A stretch of 43,289 bases of DNA from Candidatus Magnetomicrobium cryptolimnococcus (GCA_018606805.1 JAGYWI010000020.1:1-43289); one strand, 5' to 3'; shown: positions 1 to 11,559, counted from the first letter of the stretch. The notes: generated by a model from the letters alone, not told the origin. A program made the numbers and translations.

Positions 1-7
1 ATATGAT

Positions 8-436
8 ATGGCAGATAAAATTATATGGAGCAAAGAGGAATTAGACGTATATGACTATTGGCTTATGAAAGAACAAGACGCAAGGGGAGCAATAGAATAT
101 TCTTTCTCAGAAGGGGAAAAACAAGGTGAGAAAAAAGGTAAACAGGAAGGTTTAATTGAAGGTTTAATTAAAGGCAAACAAGAAGGCTTAATTGAAGGTG
201 AACAAAAAGGTTTAATTAAAGGCAAACAAGAAGGCTTAATTGAAGGCAAACGAGACGGCTTAATTGAAGGTATTGAGGCATTACTTGAGCTTAAATATGG
301 ACTGGATGGAATTGCGCTCATAGATAAAGTAAAACTTTTGGATACAATAGAAGAGTTAGATATATTGAAAAACTTGATTAAAAACTCTACCGCAATGGAA
401 AATATAGAAGAACACTTACATAGGAAAAGGGTATGA
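8..436 (+). CDS. Rpn/YhgA-family (PD-(D/E)XK, Transposase_31-like) protein, C-terminal tail only; the gene probably begins upstream of the window
   Basis: Six tandem decapeptide repeats of KQEGLIEG / KGLIKG type (EGxxEG repeats), then an LLELKYGLDGIALIDKV-type ending. This matches the characteristic C-terminal tail of Rpn/YhgA-like nucleases and the second copy at 11029-11559. The track Met at position 8 is probably internal. Confidence 0.45.
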   Translation: MADKIIWSKEELDVYDYWLMKEQDARGAIEYSFSEGEKQGEKKGKQEGLIEGLIKGKQEGLIEGEQKGLIKGKQEGLIEGKRDGLIEGIEALLELKYGLDGIALIDKVKLLDTIEELDILKNLIKNSTAMENIEEHLHRKRV

Positions 437-437
437 A

Positions 438-2480
438 TTAAGGGCTAAAAAATTGATAGCTATTTCTTTCTCCTTGTTTAACGTTATACATAGCAATATC
501 CGCCTTTTTAATTAATGTGTCGGCATCTGTACCATCGTAAGGATAAAGACTTATACCAATACTTGTACCAATATTACAATTATATCCATTAACATTAAAC
601 GTTCTACAAAGTGTATCTATGATTTTTTTAGCTACATTTGCAGCATCTTCTTTTGTTACTACAGAAGACAATACTACAACAAACTCATCTCCCCCTAAAC
701 GAGCCACCGTATCGGAATCTCTAATGCAGCTTATGATGCGTTTAGCTGATGCCTTAAGTAGTAAATCCCCTGTTTCGTGTCCTAGAGTATCGTTTACATG
801 TTTAAATTTATCAAGGTCTAAAAACAATAATGCAGCTGTGTAGTTATAGCGTTTAGCTATTGATAAAGTCTTGTTTAAAAACTCAAAGAGCATTTTACGG
901 TTAGGAAGACCTGTCAGATTGTCAAAATAAGCCATCTGTTTGAGTGCTTCTTCGTATTCCTTTTTTTCTGTAATATCATCTACAACGTTAATGAACTCCT
1001 TTTTGCCATCCTCGGTTGTGTAAAATGTAGAATTAACGGATGCCCAGAAGACCGAACCATCTTTTCGTTTAAATCGTATCTCGTACTGATAAATAGGACC
1101 TTCATTACACAAGGTACAAAAGTTATACAGATCATCAGGACTAGTAAATATATTTTCAACAGGTACCTGTAAAAACTCTTCTTTAGAGTTATAACCAAAC
1201 ATCTTTAATATTGTGTCATTCAGTTCTTTTACTACAAGCTGAGTGCCGGGACCTGTAACCTTTACGCCCGTTGGTAAAATGTTCATCAAGCCCTTATATT
1301 TTTCTATCATGGCCTTATATTTTTCTATAATATTATTTAAGTTTGCAGCCAGCCAATCAAAAGCCCTTGATAGCTCTCCTATCTCATCCTTAGCATCAGT
1401 ACCCACTTTTATATCAAATTTACCCTCTGCCAATTTCTTTATACCTTCATGCAGTCTTTTTATTGGTAGTATAATGGTATGGACAATATAGTAGAGCAAT
1501 AATACTGAGACCAAACACATTATAATCATTATGGCAATATACAAAATTAATGTACTGAAGGCTTCATCTTTTAAGTTTTTTGCAGTGATTAATAAATCAC
1601 TTGAAAGTTTGTCTTCAATTTCTTTAAGGACGTTTATTTTATTTGTTTGGATTTTAAACCAATAGGTAGGGTCAACACCAAAATTCCCCTCATTAGCCTT
1701 TTCAAAGGCAACGTTTCTCATACTGTTAACCTCTGTTAGGGCGCTTACAGATAGTTTATTTTTATAAAATGTTTTTTGTTCATCTGTTGCAAAGGTAAAA
1801 AACACCTTTTCATATGTATCTTGCGCAGCTACTAAGGCACTAAACTTGACAAACATACCTTGCCCAAACTTATTGGAGAAAAATGTATCACTTAGTAAAG
1901 CACGCTCAATGCCAGCCATATCTTTAAATTGTAAGAAATTCACATATATAAAAATCTGATTGTTCAGTTGAGCATTTTTACTTACATGTAACATATGCAC
2001 GATAACATCCAAAAAAGCAGCATTCATATCAGTGTAGTAATCTAAGGTATCTGCAAAAGAGATGTCATGGACAAGCATTTTTTCCCTCTTTTGAGCAATC
2101 TGCTTAAACCAAGCCAAGGCGCTATTTAACTTAGAAACAAATTCTTTACCGTAAGCTGTGCCTGTAAATCCTTGTAAAAACGTATTCAGCTCAGAATACC
2201 GTACATCTGTATCTTTTCTTTGAGCAGCTATGCAACCTTTAAATATTTCTCCTTTACTGCCAATATAGGCAGCCGTAAGCCCGCGTTCCTTTTGAGTTTC
2301 GTGAATCAATGCACTAATCTTTACAGAAAGATTGACAAACCCTTTCAACCGTTCCATATCATATAGCACTGTTGATTTTTCCTGAAGATTTTTTAAGGAA
2401 AAAAACAACAATCCCAACAGTGGAAACACCAATAATAATAAAAGTTTGTTTCTGAATTTCATATCTTCTAAAAAAGCCAT
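438..2480 (-). CDS. Membrane sensor diguanylate cyclase: NIT-like periplasmic domain, TM/HAMP, PAS, GGDEF
   Basis: N-terminal hydrophobic segment, a central TM (IAIMIIMCLVSVLLLYYIV), and a HAMP-like region. The ectodomain has NIT-like features (HETQKERGLTAAYIGSKG). A PAS-like block is present and the C-terminus has an intact RLGGDEF motif with the upstream DxLTGLPNR motif. Confidence 0.8.
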   Translation of the reverse strand: MAFLEDMKFRNKLLLLLVFPLLGLLFFSLKNLQEKSTVLYDMERLKGFVNLSVKISALIHETQKERGLTAAYIGSKGEIFKGCIAAQRKDTDVRYSELNTFLQGFTGTAYGKEFVSKLNSALAWFKQIAQKREKMLVHDISFADTLDYYTDMNAAFLDVIVHMLHVSKNAQLNNQIFIYVNFLQFKDMAGIERALLSDTFFSNKFGQGMFVKFSALVAAQDTYEKVFFTFATDEQKTFYKNKLSVSALTEVNSMRNVAFEKANEGNFGVDPTYWFKIQTNKINVLKEIEDKLSSDLLITAKNLKDEAFSTLILYIAIMIIMCLVSVLLLYYIVHTIILPIKRLHEGIKKLAEGKFDIKVGTDAKDEIGELSRAFDWLAANLNNIIEKYKAMIEKYKGLMNILPTGVKVTGPGTQLVVKELNDTILKMFGYNSKEEFLQVPVENIFTSPDDLYNFCTLCNEGPIYQYEIRFKRKDGSVFWASVNSTFYTTEDGKKEFINVVDDITEKKEYEEALKQMAYFDNLTGLPNRKMLFEFLNKTLSIAKRYNYTAALLFLDLDKFKHVNDTLGHETGDLLLKASAKRIISCIRDSDTVARLGGDEFVVVLSSVVTKEDAANVAKKIIDTLCRTFNVNGYNCNIGTSIGISLYPYDGTDADTLIKKADIAMYNVKQGERNSYQFFSP

Positions 2481-2797
2481 TTAAACGCACTCCTTTGGCA
2501 TAAGTAAAGAACAACAAAGAGCTCCCCTCATAAAATATTATAAATGATTGTCTTTATATTTTTTTATGATATAAATCATAATATTTTAGTAGTTTTCTGT
2601 TATTTAGAAGAAAAGGAAAGAAAAGAGTGGGGGAAAACCCTTTTGAAAAAGGGTTCTTCCCCCACACCCCTTTTCCTAAAACTTTTAGCCTGCCAGCTGT
2701 TTAGTTATTCCTCTTATCTTTTGCTACTTTTTTAACGTAATCTTTGTTAATTTTAGTGGTTATACCTATATCTGTGCTTACCTAACAACTAAAGCGT

Positions 2798-3003
2798 CTA
2801 TTGGGGAAAGCGCGCGGCCTTCAGAAAGCCAAAAAGACGGCTTTCTTTACGGCCGCACCATTTCCCCATAGACGCTTTGGTGTAATCAGTGGGAGTAAAA
2901 AACCTCCCCCTGAGAAAAGACCCCCTCTGACTCTTTTTTTTGCTGGTGCGTAAACGCACCAGATTGCCTATATTTCTTAGGGGAGCCCCCATGAGGCTCC
3001 CAT
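2798..3003. repeat. Composite GC-rich palindromic element, copy A (nested ~100-bp hairpin + GGTGCGTAAACGCACC hairpin + GGGAGCCCCCATGAGGCTCCC hairpin)
   Basis: aaagcgtctattggggaaa...tttccccatagacgcttt forms a nested three-level palindrome. It is followed by two shorter perfect hairpins. A reverse-complement copy is at 5691-5935. Confidence 0.7.
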
Positions 3004-3099
3004 TTTGATGTGTCATTATCAAATCTAAATGCGCTATAATGACACTGGGGTGGAGTTTACCCACTTCTACTATAATCAAAGATTTTGGAGTGAATAGAT

Positions 3100-5511
3100 A
3101 TGTCAGTACTTTTAGTTAACATAGAAGAGGAGATGAAGGTAAGCTACCTCGATTACGCCATGAGTGTAATCATAGGGCGGGCTTTACCGGATGTTCGTGA
3201 TGGCTTAAAGCCTGTACAAAGGCGCATACTCTATGCCATGTTTAGAGAAGGCTTGATGTCCAATAAGAAGTACTCTAAGTGCGCTGGCGTGGTTGGTGAG
3301 GTGCTTAAAAAGTATCACCCACACGGCGATAGCGCCGTTTACGATGCCCTTGTACGCATGGCACAGAATTTCAATATGCGTTATCCGCTGATAGACGGTC
3401 AGGGCAACTTTGGCTCTATGGATGGCGACCCCGCTGCTGCCTATCGGTACACGGAGTCGCGCCTTGCAAAGATAGCCGAAGAACTACTTGCAGATATTGA
3501 TAGCGATACGGTGGATTTTATTTCGAATTTCGATGAAACTACACAAGAGCCTGTCGTTTTGCCCTCAAGGGTGCCTAATATGATAATAAATGGTGCCTCT
3601 GGCATTGCCGTTGGTATGGCTACAAACATACCACCTCATAATCTAGGCGAGGTTATAGATGGACTTGTCCATCTACTTGATAACCCACAGGCAACACTAT
3701 CTGAGTTGATGAAGTTTATAAAAGGACCGGACTTTCCAACCGGTGGCAGCATATTTGGCCTTCAAGGCATTATTAATGGCTACTCAACCGGTCGCGGCAG
3801 CATTAAAGTACGCGCCCGTGCCCGCATTGAACAACGCCAAAAAGGCGGCGATGCCATTATAGTCACAGAGCTCCCCTATCAAGTAAATAAGGCTAGACTT
3901 ATGGAAAAAATTGCCCAGCTTGTTAGAGAAAAAAAGATAGAAGGCGTCTCAGACCTTCGTGATGAGTCCGATAGAAGCGGCATACGCGTAGTCGTAGAAC
4001 TTAAAAAGGATGAAATGGCTCAAATAGTCCTAAATAACCTATTTAAACACACACAAATGGAAATGAGCTACGGCATAAATATGCTGGCCCTCACCAATGG
4101 TCAGCCACGTGTGCTAGCCCTTAAAGAGGTACTCGAGCTTTTCCTTCTGCATAGACGCGATATAATTGTAAGGCGCACACGCTTTGAACTAAGAAAGGCT
4201 GAAGAGCGCGCACATATACTGGAAGGTCTTAAGATAGCCCTTGATCACATAGATGAAATCATTAAACTAATACGGGCTTCTAAAACCCCAGATGAGGCTA
4301 AAACTGGCTTGATGGGCGGCTACGGTCTTTCAGAAAAACAAGCTCAGGCTATCCTTGATATGAAACTGCAACGCCTAACCGGCCTTGAAAGAGAAAAAAT
4401 AGTAAACGAGTACAACGAAATCATTAAGGAAATAGAACGCCTTCGGACAATACTTGCAAGCCCAGCTCTTATTTCAAATATTATCCGAGACGAACTAAAC
4501 GAAATCAAAGAAAAATACGCTGACGAAAGACGCACTAATATAATAGCCGATATTGACGAAATATCAGTAGAAGACCTCATAACCGAAGAGGAAATGGTAA
4601 TAACAGTAACCCATAAAGGCTACATTAAAAGAAATCCAATATCCGAATACCGAGGCCAAAAACGCGGCGGTAAAGGTACAACCGGCATGGAAACCAGAGA
4701 GGAAGACTACGTTGAACAAATATTCATAGGCTCTACTCACGATTACATAATGTTTTTTACCAACACCGGCAGACTCTATTGGCTAAAAATCTACCAAATA
4801 CCCGAATCCGGTAGAACCACTAAAGGCAAATCCATAGTTAACCTACTACAAGTCCAAAGCAATGAGGCCATAGCCACAGCACTTCCACTTAAAGACCTAG
4901 ACAAAGGCTTCATTATGATGTTTACTAAAAAAGGCCTCGTTAAAAAAACCGGCGTTGATGAGTTTAGTAACGCACGCGGTAGAGGCGTAATCTCAATAAA
5001 CCTGCAAGAAGGCGATGAGCTGATGGCTGTGCGTCTTACCTACGGCGAAAGTAATATCTTAATAGCAACTAAACTTGGCCATGCTATCGTCTTTAATGAA
5101 TCCGACGTAAGAGCCACAGGTAGAAGCTCTATGGGAGTTAGAGGTATAAAACTAAGAGAAAACGATGAGGTCGTCTCTGCCGAAATCGTTAATGAAGGCA
5201 TGACTATCTTGTCAGTTACAGAAAAAGGCATAGCTAAAAGAACAAAAGTGTCTGAATATAATGTGCAAGCAAGAGGCGGGGTTGGCGTTATATCTATAAA
5301 ACTTACTTCAAAGGGCGGTAAAGTTGCAGGACTCTTGCAAGTAAGCGATGAAGATGAAGTTATGATTATAACAAATAAAGGGAAATTGATACGTACGCCG
5401 ATGCAAGGTATACCAGTGCTTGGTAGAGGAACTCAAGGCGTAAGAATAATGGACGTCGGTCAAGATAATGAAATTACTGGAATAGGTAAACTCGCTGAAA
5501 AAGAAGAGTAA
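3100..5511 (+). CDS. gyrA: DNA gyrase subunit A
   Basis: [42 protein letters not shown] is the canonical GyrA N-terminus with a catalytic-Tyr region ([11 protein letters not shown]). The C-terminus has repeated beta-pinwheel blades. An RBS (ggag) lies 8 nt upstream. Confidence 0.95.
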   Translation: MSVLLVNIEEEMKVSYLDYAMSVIIGRALPDVRDGLKPVQRRILYAMFREGLMSNKKYSKCAGVVGEVLKKYHPHGDSAVYDALVRMAQNFNMRYPLIDGQGNFGSMDGDPAAAYRYTESRLAKIAEELLADIDSDTVDFISNFDETTQEPVVLPSRVPNMIINGASGIAVGMATNIPPHNLGEVIDGLVHLLDNPQATLSELMKFIKGPDFPTGGSIFGLQGIINGYSTGRGSIKVRARARIEQRQKGGDAIIVTELPYQVNKARLMEKIAQLVREKKIEGVSDLRDESDRSGIRVVVELKKDEMAQIVLNNLFKHTQMEMSYGINMLALTNGQPRVLALKEVLELFLLHRRDIIVRRTRFELRKAEERAHILEGLKIALDHIDEIIKLIRASKTPDEAKTGLMGGYGLSEKQAQAILDMKLQRLTGLEREKIVNEYNEIIKEIERLRTILASPALISNIIRDELNEIKEKYADERRTNIIADIDEISVEDLITEEEMVITVTHKGYIKRNPISEYRGQKRGGKGTTGMETREEDYVEQIFIGSTHDYIMFFTNTGRLYWLKIYQIPESGRTTKGKSIVNLLQVQSNEAIATALPLKDLDKGFIMMFTKKGLVKKTGVDEFSNARGRGVISINLQEGDELMAVRLTYGESNILIATKLGHAIVFNESDVRATGRSSMGVRGIKLRENDEVVSAEIVNEGMTILSVTEKGIAKRTKVSEYNVQARGGVGVISIKLTSKGGKVAGLLQVSDEDEVMIITNKGKLIRTPMQGIPVLGRGTQGVRIMDVGQDNEITGIGKLAEKEE

Positions 5512-5690
5512 ATAGTTCAGCCTCAATGACAGGCATGTATAAATATTATATGCCAATACCCATTCAGGACTACCAAAAAAAGATATAGGAGCGGGGTAAA
5601 CCCTTTTAGACAAAAGGTGCGTAGGAGCACAGGAAGGTGTGCCTACACACCCTCCCTCACATAGGTTCGCCCCTACAAATGGATATATAG

Positions 5691-5935
5691 GGGCACCTAT
5701 GAGGCTCCCCTATGCTTTGATTATCGAGTGAGCATGGTATTGCACAGTGGTAGCATACCTGGTGCGTTTACGCACCAGCAAAAAAAAGAGTCAGAGGGGG
5801 TCTTTTCTCAGGGGGAGAGCTTTTTTCTCCCCCTGATTACACCAAAGCGTCTATGGGGAAATGGCACGGCCGTATAAGAAAGCCGTCTTTTTGGCTTTCT
5901 TAAGGCCGCGCGCTTTCCCCATAGACGCTTTAATT
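5691..5935. repeat. Composite GC-rich palindromic element, copy B (inverted relative to 2798-3003)
   Basis: The reverse complement of 2798-3003 aligns over ~200 bp with few mismatches. The shared pieces are ctggtgcgtttacgcaccagc, caaaaaaaagagtcagagggggtcttttctcaggggga and the 100-bp nested palindrome. Confidence 0.7.
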
Positions 5936-5984
5936 GTTATGAATTACAGATATAAGTTTAACCACCAATAAGCACATAGGGGTT

Positions 5985-6068
5985 CAAGGGGCAAAGCCCC
6001 TTGGGCGGGATTCCAAAGGGACGAGTCCCTTTGGCGGGAGTTTGAGGGCAGCGCCCTCATTCTTTAGT
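5985..6068. repeat. Triple-hairpin GC-rich element (GGGGCAAAGCCCC / CCAAAGGGAC..GTCCCTTTGG / GAGGGCAGCGCCCTC)
   Basis: Three consecutive perfect hairpins. The same module recurs inverted at 29722-29775 and in part at 19203-19235 and 17113-17150. Confidence 0.55.
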
Positions 6069-6188
6069 CCTTTTAATTTTAACGCAAGCTGGTATTAATG
6101 GCATTGGGACAGAGTCCTTCCCTTTTTTTTTATTATCTTTCCTTTTTTTTCTTTTCTTTTTACTCTTCCTTATGTTAAAAGTAAAGGT

Positions 6189-6956
6189 GTGGGAAAAATA
6201 ATTTCCATAGTAAACCAAAAAGGTGGGGTTGGTAAAACGACGACCACGATAAATCTTAGTGCTTCTTTTGCCTATGAAGGACGCAGGGTGCTTTTAATAG
6301 ATTCTGATCCGCAGTCCAACTCGACAAGTGGTATGGGTTTGATTAGAGAAGAAGTTACTACAAGCATTTATGATGTGTACGCAGGGCATGCGCTTATTAA
6401 AGATGTGATACGTGCAACGGATTATGAGCGGCTTTTTATAGTGCCTTCAATAATAGATTTGTTAGCTGTTGAAGTTGAGTTAGTGAATAAGGAAAGGCGG
6501 GAGTGGGTACTTTGTGATGCCTTAAAAGATGTGCGGGATGATTATGACTATATATTAATAGATTGCCCGCCATCGTTAAGCCTTTTAACGCTCAACTGTC
6601 TTGTAGCCTCTAATGGGGTACTTATACCAGTGCAGTGTGAGTATTATGCCCTTGAGGGGCTCAGCATGCTTACAAGGACGCTTGATATGGTTCAAAAGAC
6701 GTTTAATCCTTACTTGGAGATTAGCGGTATTTTGCTAACGATGTACGATAGCAGAAACACTCTGTCTAATCAAGTAGTAAATGAGGTAAAGGGGTATTTC
6801 GGTAACAAAGTGTATGAAACGTTGATACCGCGCAATGTAACGCTTGGTGAGGCACCGGGGCACGGTAAGCCTGCCATGTACTATGATAGGCGTTCAAAGG
6901 GAGCGCAGACATATTTGACTTTAGCTGGAGAGATACTTGAAAAAGGCCTTGGGTAG
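6189..6956 (+). CDS. parA: Chromosome partitioning ATPase ParA/Soj
   Basis: GTG start with an aaagg RBS. The deviant Walker A is NQKGGVGKTTTT and the protein is ParA length (255 aa). It overlaps the downstream parB start. Confidence 0.9.
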   Translation: MGKIISIVNQKGGVGKTTTTINLSASFAYEGRRVLLIDSDPQSNSTSGMGLIREEVTTSIYDVYAGHALIKDVIRATDYERLFIVPSIIDLLAVEVELVNKERREWVLCDALKDVRDDYDYILIDCPPSLSLLTLNCLVASNGVLIPVQCEYYALEGLSMLTRTLDMVQKTFNPYLEISGILLTMYDSRNTLSNQVVNEVKGYFGNKVYETLIPRNVTLGEAPGHGKPAMYYDRRSKGAQTYLTLAGEILEKGLG

Positions 6957-7806
6957 GGGGTTAGGTGCCCTTATTCCGCAAACCAACAATGATGAAGTGC
7001 TTATGGTGGATGTTGAGAGGGTTTTACCAAATCCGGCGCAGCCGCGTAAGGTTTTTTTAGAGGAATCATTAAAAAACCTTGCGGAGTCCATCGCTGAAAA
7101 GGGCGTTATTCAACCACTGGTAGTTAGCCGTTTGCCGGATGGGGCGTTTCAGTTGATAGCTGGGGAGAGGCGTTTGCGGGCTTCTATAAGTGCTGGGCTT
7201 AGTAAGGTACCGTGTATCGTTAGGAAGCAGGCGGTTGATGTTACTGAGGATTTGCGGGCGGAGGATTCACTTTTAGTTTCACTTATTGAAAATATACAAA
7301 GAGAGGACCTCAATCCGCTGGAGACAGCGCAGGCTTTTAAAAAGCTCTCGGATGAGTTTAACCTAATTCATAATGAAATAGCAAGGAAGGTTGGTAAAGA
7401 CAGGGCTACGGTCACGAACTATATACGGCTTTTAAGTTTGCCGGAGTTTGTGCGGGATTTGATAGCCGCTGGGACGCTTAGTATGGGGCATGCGAAGGCG
7501 CTTTTATCCATTGATGATATGATTAAGCAGGAAGAAATAGCGCGCCTTGTTGTTCAAAATGGACTTTCTGTGCGGGAGACGGAGCGGCTTTGTAAGGACA
7601 ATGTTAAGGAAAAAAAAGAAGCCCCAAAGGCAGAAGATACAAAGGAATCGGAAACCAAGTCCTACTTAAATAACATAGAAATAGAGCTTACTCGAAATCT
7701 CGGTACACGCGTCCGTATCATTGACAAGGGGAAAAAGGGGAAAATTGAAATAGAGTATTATTCGGATGAGGAGTTAAGCAGGCTTGTTGAGATATTTAAA
7801 ATATAG
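6937..7806 (+). CDS. parB: Chromosome partitioning protein ParB/Spo0J
   Basis: KKALGRGLGALI N-terminal ParB box and a GERRLRA motif. A helix-turn-helix region is present. The gene overlaps parA. Confidence 0.9.
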   Translation: MKKALGRGLGALIPQTNNDEVLMVDVERVLPNPAQPRKVFLEESLKNLAESIAEKGVIQPLVVSRLPDGAFQLIAGERRLRASISAGLSKVPCIVRKQAVDVTEDLRAEDSLLVSLIENIQREDLNPLETAQAFKKLSDEFNLIHNEIARKVGKDRATVTNYIRLLSLPEFVRDLIAAGTLSMGHAKALLSIDDMIKQEEIARLVVQNGLSVRETERLCKDNVKEKKEAPKAEDTKESETKSYLNNIEIELTRNLGTRVRIIDKGKKGKIEIEYYSDEELSRLVEIFKI

Positions 7807-7824
7807 AAAGGGTTTTTAGTAAAA

Positions 7825-8589
7825 TTGGAAAAAGCGGTTGTTGTGATACCTGCAAGGTATGAATCAAGTCGTTTTCCGGGTAAGCCGTTGGCTTTGATAA
7901 AGGGCAAACCCATGATACAGTACGTGTATGAAGGTGTAAGGAGTGCGCGGTTTGTTGATTTTGTTATAATAGCCACAGACGATGAACGGATATGTGCGGT
8001 TTGTAATGGGTTTGTAGGGCTACAAGATAAAGCGCTCATGACATCAAAGGCTCACCAATCCGGAACTGACAGAGTAGGGGAGGTGTTACAGGGTCTTGAA
8101 GGTGTGCGCTTTATAGTAAATGTGCAAGGCGATGAACCGCTAATAAATGGTGATATGGTTGATGACGTTATAGTGCTCTTAATGGATGAACGAGCAGGAA
8201 TTGCTACTTTAAAAAAATCTATAAAGAATAGCGATGAAATATTCGATATAAATGTGGTGAAGGTTGTAACTGATAAAGAGGGGTTTGCCCTTTATTTTTC
8301 GCGCTCGGCTATCCCGTTTTATAGGGAGAGGTTTACAGGTAGCAAGGTAGAGCTGGGGGCTTTTGAAGTGTACAAACATATAGGCATATACGGTTATAAA
8401 GCAGAAGTGTTAAGGGCATTGCTTAAAAGCAGCCCATGTGCCATAGAAGAGGCTGAAAAATTAGAGCAGTTGCGAGCACTTTATATGGGCATTAAGATAA
8501 AGGTAAAGGAAACCAAACATGAGGTGTTTGGCGTTGATACTCCTGATGACTTAAAGAGGGTGGAACAATGGCTAAGTACATATTCTTAA
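7825..8589 (+). CDS. kdsB: 3-deoxy-manno-octulosonate cytidylyltransferase (CMP-KDO synthetase)
   Basis: [18 protein letters not shown]-terminus, a [10 protein letters not shown] motif and a ~250-aa length are typical of KdsB. A TTG start is inferred. Confidence 0.85.
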   Translation: MEKAVVVIPARYESSRFPGKPLALIKGKPMIQYVYEGVRSARFVDFVIIATDDERICAVCNGFVGLQDKALMTSKAHQSGTDRVGEVLQGLEGVRFIVNVQGDEPLINGDMVDDVIVLLMDERAGIATLKKSIKNSDEIFDINVVKVVTDKEGFALYFSRSAIPFYRERFTGSKVELGAFEVYKHIGIYGYKAEVLRALLKSSPCAIEEAEKLEQLRALYMGIKIKVKETKHEVFGVDTPDDLKRVEQWLSTYS

Positions 8590-10277
8590 CAGGCGGAGTG
8601 GTGTCTTCCCTTGGCAAGGGAATAGCCGCCTCAGCAGTAGGCGCCCTCCTTGAGGCAAGAGGCATACAGGTTAATATACAAAAATTAGACCCATACATAA
8701 ATATAGACCCGGGCACACTGAGTCCTTATCAACACGGTGAGGTCTTTGTTGCAGATGATGGCACGGAGGCAGACCTAGACCTTGGCCATTACGAGCGCTT
8801 TACGCATATTACGACGGCTAAAGCCAATAACTACACAACCGGCAAGATTTATTATAACGTTATAGAAAAAGAACGGCGCGGTGAATACCTCGGTGAGACC
8901 GTTCAGGTGGTGCCACACATAACGGATGAGATAAAGGCCGTTATAAAGGCAGCAGGGGCTAACGTAGATGTCTTAATTGTAGAAATAGGGGGCACTATCG
9001 GTGATATAGAAAGCCTGCCGTTTTTAGAAGCCATACGGCAAATGCCCTATGATGTTGGAAAAAATCATGTTATGTACCTGCATCTAACGCTTGTGCCATA
9101 CATACCAACGGCTGGTGAGCTTAAGACGAAACCATCCCAGCACAGCGTTAAAGAGCTACGCGCTATCGGCATACAGCCAGATGCCCTTATTTGCCGTTGC
9201 GATAGGACACTACCGCCTGATATAAAGAAAAAAATAGCCCTCCACACTAATCTTGAAGAAGAGGCCGTCATCAGTGCTGTAGACGTTGAAACCATCTATG
9301 AAGTACCAATCGTGTTTCATAACGAGGGGCTTGACGATATAATAACTAGAAAGTTTAAATTTGAAACCAAAGAGCCTAACTTAAGCAAGTGGCAGCGCGT
9401 GGCTAAAAGGGTTAAAAGTCCTGTAAATCAAGTAAAAATAGCCCTTGTTGGGAAATACACGGGACTTAAGGATTCATACAAAAGCCTGACGGAGGCCCTG
9501 ATACACGGCGGGATTGCTAATGAAGCGAAGGTGGTCTTTAAGTGGCTGGATTCGGAGGCACTTGAAAAAACTGCAAATAATGCGCTTGGTAGTTTAGACG
9601 ATAACACACTAGAGCGCTATCTTGGCGATACGGACGGCATTTTAATACCCGGTGGCTTTGGCCAACGTGGCATAGAGGGTAAAATCTGTGCTGCTGGTTA
9701 TGCCAGAAGGAAGGGGATTCCGTTTTTTGGTATATGTCTTGGCATGCAGTGTGCTGTTATAGAGTTTGCTAGAAGCGTTTGCGGCTTAAAAGAAGCCAAT
9801 AGTACGGAATTCGATATAAATACGCCAGAGCCTGTTATTTACTTAATGCAACAGTGGTATAACGAGCGAACCGGGGGAATTGAAAGACGTGATATGGAAA
9901 GCGAAAAGGGTGGTACTATGAGACTTGGTGCTTATCCTTGTGTAATTAAGGCTTGTACGCATACAATGGCAGCCTACGGGCAAACGCTTATAAGCGAACG
10001 CCACCGCCATCGGTACGAATTTAATAACAGCTATCGCCAGATACTGCAAGCAAGCGGGCTATCAATAGTTGGTACAAGTCCGGATAACACGCTTGTTGAG
10101 ATGATAGAAATAGAAAGCCATCCGTGGTTTGTTGGCTGTCAGTTTCATCCGGAGTTTAAATCCCGCCCAACTGAGCCGCACCCGCTTTTTAAGGCGTTTA
10201 TTTGGAGCTGCCTTAAGGAAAAACATGCCCTTTTTCCTTACGTAGGGGCGCAAGAGCACACGGCTGACATCCAATAA
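8568..10277 (+). CDS. pyrG: CTP synthase
   Basis: [20 protein letters not shown]-terminus. The C-terminal GATase domain has GICLGMQ and HPEF motifs. The gene overlaps the kdsB end. Confidence 0.95.
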   Translation: MAKYIFLTGGVVSSLGKGIAASAVGALLEARGIQVNIQKLDPYINIDPGTLSPYQHGEVFVADDGTEADLDLGHYERFTHITTAKANNYTTGKIYYNVIEKERRGEYLGETVQVVPHITDEIKAVIKAAGANVDVLIVEIGGTIGDIESLPFLEAIRQMPYDVGKNHVMYLHLTLVPYIPTAGELKTKPSQHSVKELRAIGIQPDALICRCDRTLPPDIKKKIALHTNLEEEAVISAVDVETIYEVPIVFHNEGLDDIITRKFKFETKEPNLSKWQRVAKRVKSPVNQVKIALVGKYTGLKDSYKSLTEALIHGGIANEAKVVFKWLDSEALEKTANNALGSLDDNTLERYLGDTDGILIPGGFGQRGIEGKICAAGYARRKGIPFFGICLGMQCAVIEFARSVCGLKEANSTEFDINTPEPVIYLMQQWYNERTGGIERRDMESEKGGTMRLGAYPCVIKACTHTMAAYGQTLISERHRHRYEFNNSYRQILQASGLSIVGTSPDNTLVEMIEIESHPWFVGCQFHPEFKSRPTEPHPLFKAFIWSCLKEKHALFPYVGAQEHTADIQ

Positions 10278-10326
10278 TAGTGGAAACCATACCGCTTATA
10301 AGCCTTGAAGACATATGTTTTAATTA
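10215..10326 (+). repeat. Direct repeat L: 3-prime end of pyrG plus the first 16 codons of the ABC-ATPase gene (112 bp)
   Basis: ~95 percent identical to 13852-13963, which is the functional pyrG-stop / GTG-start junction of the ATPase gene. This copy ends the real pyrG. Its ATPase fragment (METIPLISLEDICFN) is truncated by a stop. Confidence 0.85.
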
Positions 10327-10369
10327 AAATCTTGGTTATGGGTTATAACATAAGTATAGTCGTGTTTCT

Positions 10370-10621
10370 ATGCAAGCAACAAAAAATTATTATCAATGTA
10401 TGCAAATTGCTCATCTGATAAATCAATTATTTGAGTTAGGTTCATTATTAAAGTCTATGGTATCAATAAAGACAAGTATAAAACATATCTGGGAAATTAT
10501 ACTGGGTGAATTGAGAAAGACATTAAATATGGAAGAGTTAGAATTATTATTAAGCGTAAAATGTAGATTCGTTTTGGATAAAAATACTGGAGAATACCCT
10601 ACTCCATTATTATGTAATTAG
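10370..10621 (+). CDS. Hypothetical small protein (83 aa) inside the inserted segment
   Basis: Open frame only. No recognisable motifs and no clear RBS. Confidence 0.25.
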   Translation: MQATKNYYQCMQIAHLINQLFELGSLLKSMVSIKTSIKHIWEIILGELRKTLNMEELELLLSVKCRFVLDKNTGEYPTPLLCN

Positions 10622-11028
10622 GGCTAACCTTTTGACAGAAAGAATAAGGAGGGAAACGTCAATATAGCTTAAAATTCTGGTATTGTAAAACATACAGCTC
10701 GTTGGTACATAGCTGAAAGGCTATAGGTATGCTCATAAATGTTTTATCATTATCAATAGAATCTTCTTTCTGAATCGCTGGCAAAATAGCAGTTGTATAG
10801 ATTTTTTTGTTAACACTATAACCGCTTATAGAAATGGGTATTGTGCTCCATCTCTTTTGTCAAAAAACGTTCCTTTAGTCATTAAGGGCTGAACTATTAC
10901 AATAACACTAGTAAATGGGAGATTTAACATCTCTCATTTACTATTCGGACAAACCTTTGGTTTCAAACCCTGAAAAACTCTTTAATAACCGGTATCGTAT
11001 TCTGTTAACATTTTTAATCAGCAATTAT

Positions 11029-11559
11029 TTAATCTCTTGTAATCTTTTGAATAAATTCAGCTACCGTATTTGTATTTTTTATAATATCCTTTATATTTTC
11101 TAATTGTTGTATGTCTTTGATAGCCTTGATTGTTTCAATTAATTCTAAACTATCAAATCCAAACTTTACTTCTAAGGCCAATTCGATACCCTCTTTTAGC
11201 CCTTCTTCCCTGCCTTCTTCTCTACCTTGTCGAAACCTGTAATCCTTTGTTAAATCAAATATAAAAGCCATCTTATCTACCTCCTCTCCAACGTAATCTT
11301 GTAAATCTCGTAAATTAGATAATATCTCCAATTGTCTTATATATTTACTCTGGAGTGTTTCTTCTTTTACTAATTCCCTTATCCTCTCAAGTATCTCCCT
11401 TATAAACATTCGAACATCTCTACCCTTATAATCGCACAATATAGAAATAATGACCTCCTCTGGTCTATCTGCGTATAAGAATTTTGCACAATCAACTGTC
11501 CTCATGTCTATTATGGTGTAGCTGTGGGTTGTGTTATCTTCATCAATGTTACTTTTCAT
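11029..11559 (-). CDS. Rpn/YhgA-family protein, C-terminal part (split gene, part 2)
   Basis: It has the C-terminal REEGREEGLKEGIELALEVKFG..LELIETIKAIKDIQQLENI tail of the same family, compare ORF 8-436. Together with 11562-11903 it makes a ~289-aa Rpn-sized protein interrupted by a frameshift. Confidence 0.55.
   Translation of the reverse strand: MKSNIDEDNTTHSYTIIDMRTVDCAKFLYADRPEEVIISILCDYKGRDVRMFIREILERIRELVKEETLQSKYIRQLEILSNLRDLQDYVGEEVDKMAFIFDLTKDYRFRQGREEGREEGLKEGIELALEVKFGFDSLELIETIKAIKDIQQLENIKDIIKNTNTVAEFIQKITRD

Noticed and set aside
55-321. 88-aa minus-strand ORF (PSIKPS... repeats)
   Set aside because: It is the antisense reading of the KQEGLIEG repeat region of the Rpn-like ORF, so it is a repeat artefact.
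3441-5613. Short antisense ORFs inside and just after gyrA (3441-3629, 4344-4580, 5040-5231, 5308-5613)
   Set aside because: They are embedded antisense to a highly conserved gene or lie in REP-rich intergenic DNA. None has an RBS or recognisable motifs.
5512-6188. Replication origin, parS or DnaA boxes between gyrA and parA
   Set aside because: I could not find TTATCCACA-type DnaA boxes or a TGTTTCACGTGAAACA-like parS by eye. The region is instead dominated by REP-type hairpins, so no origin call was made.
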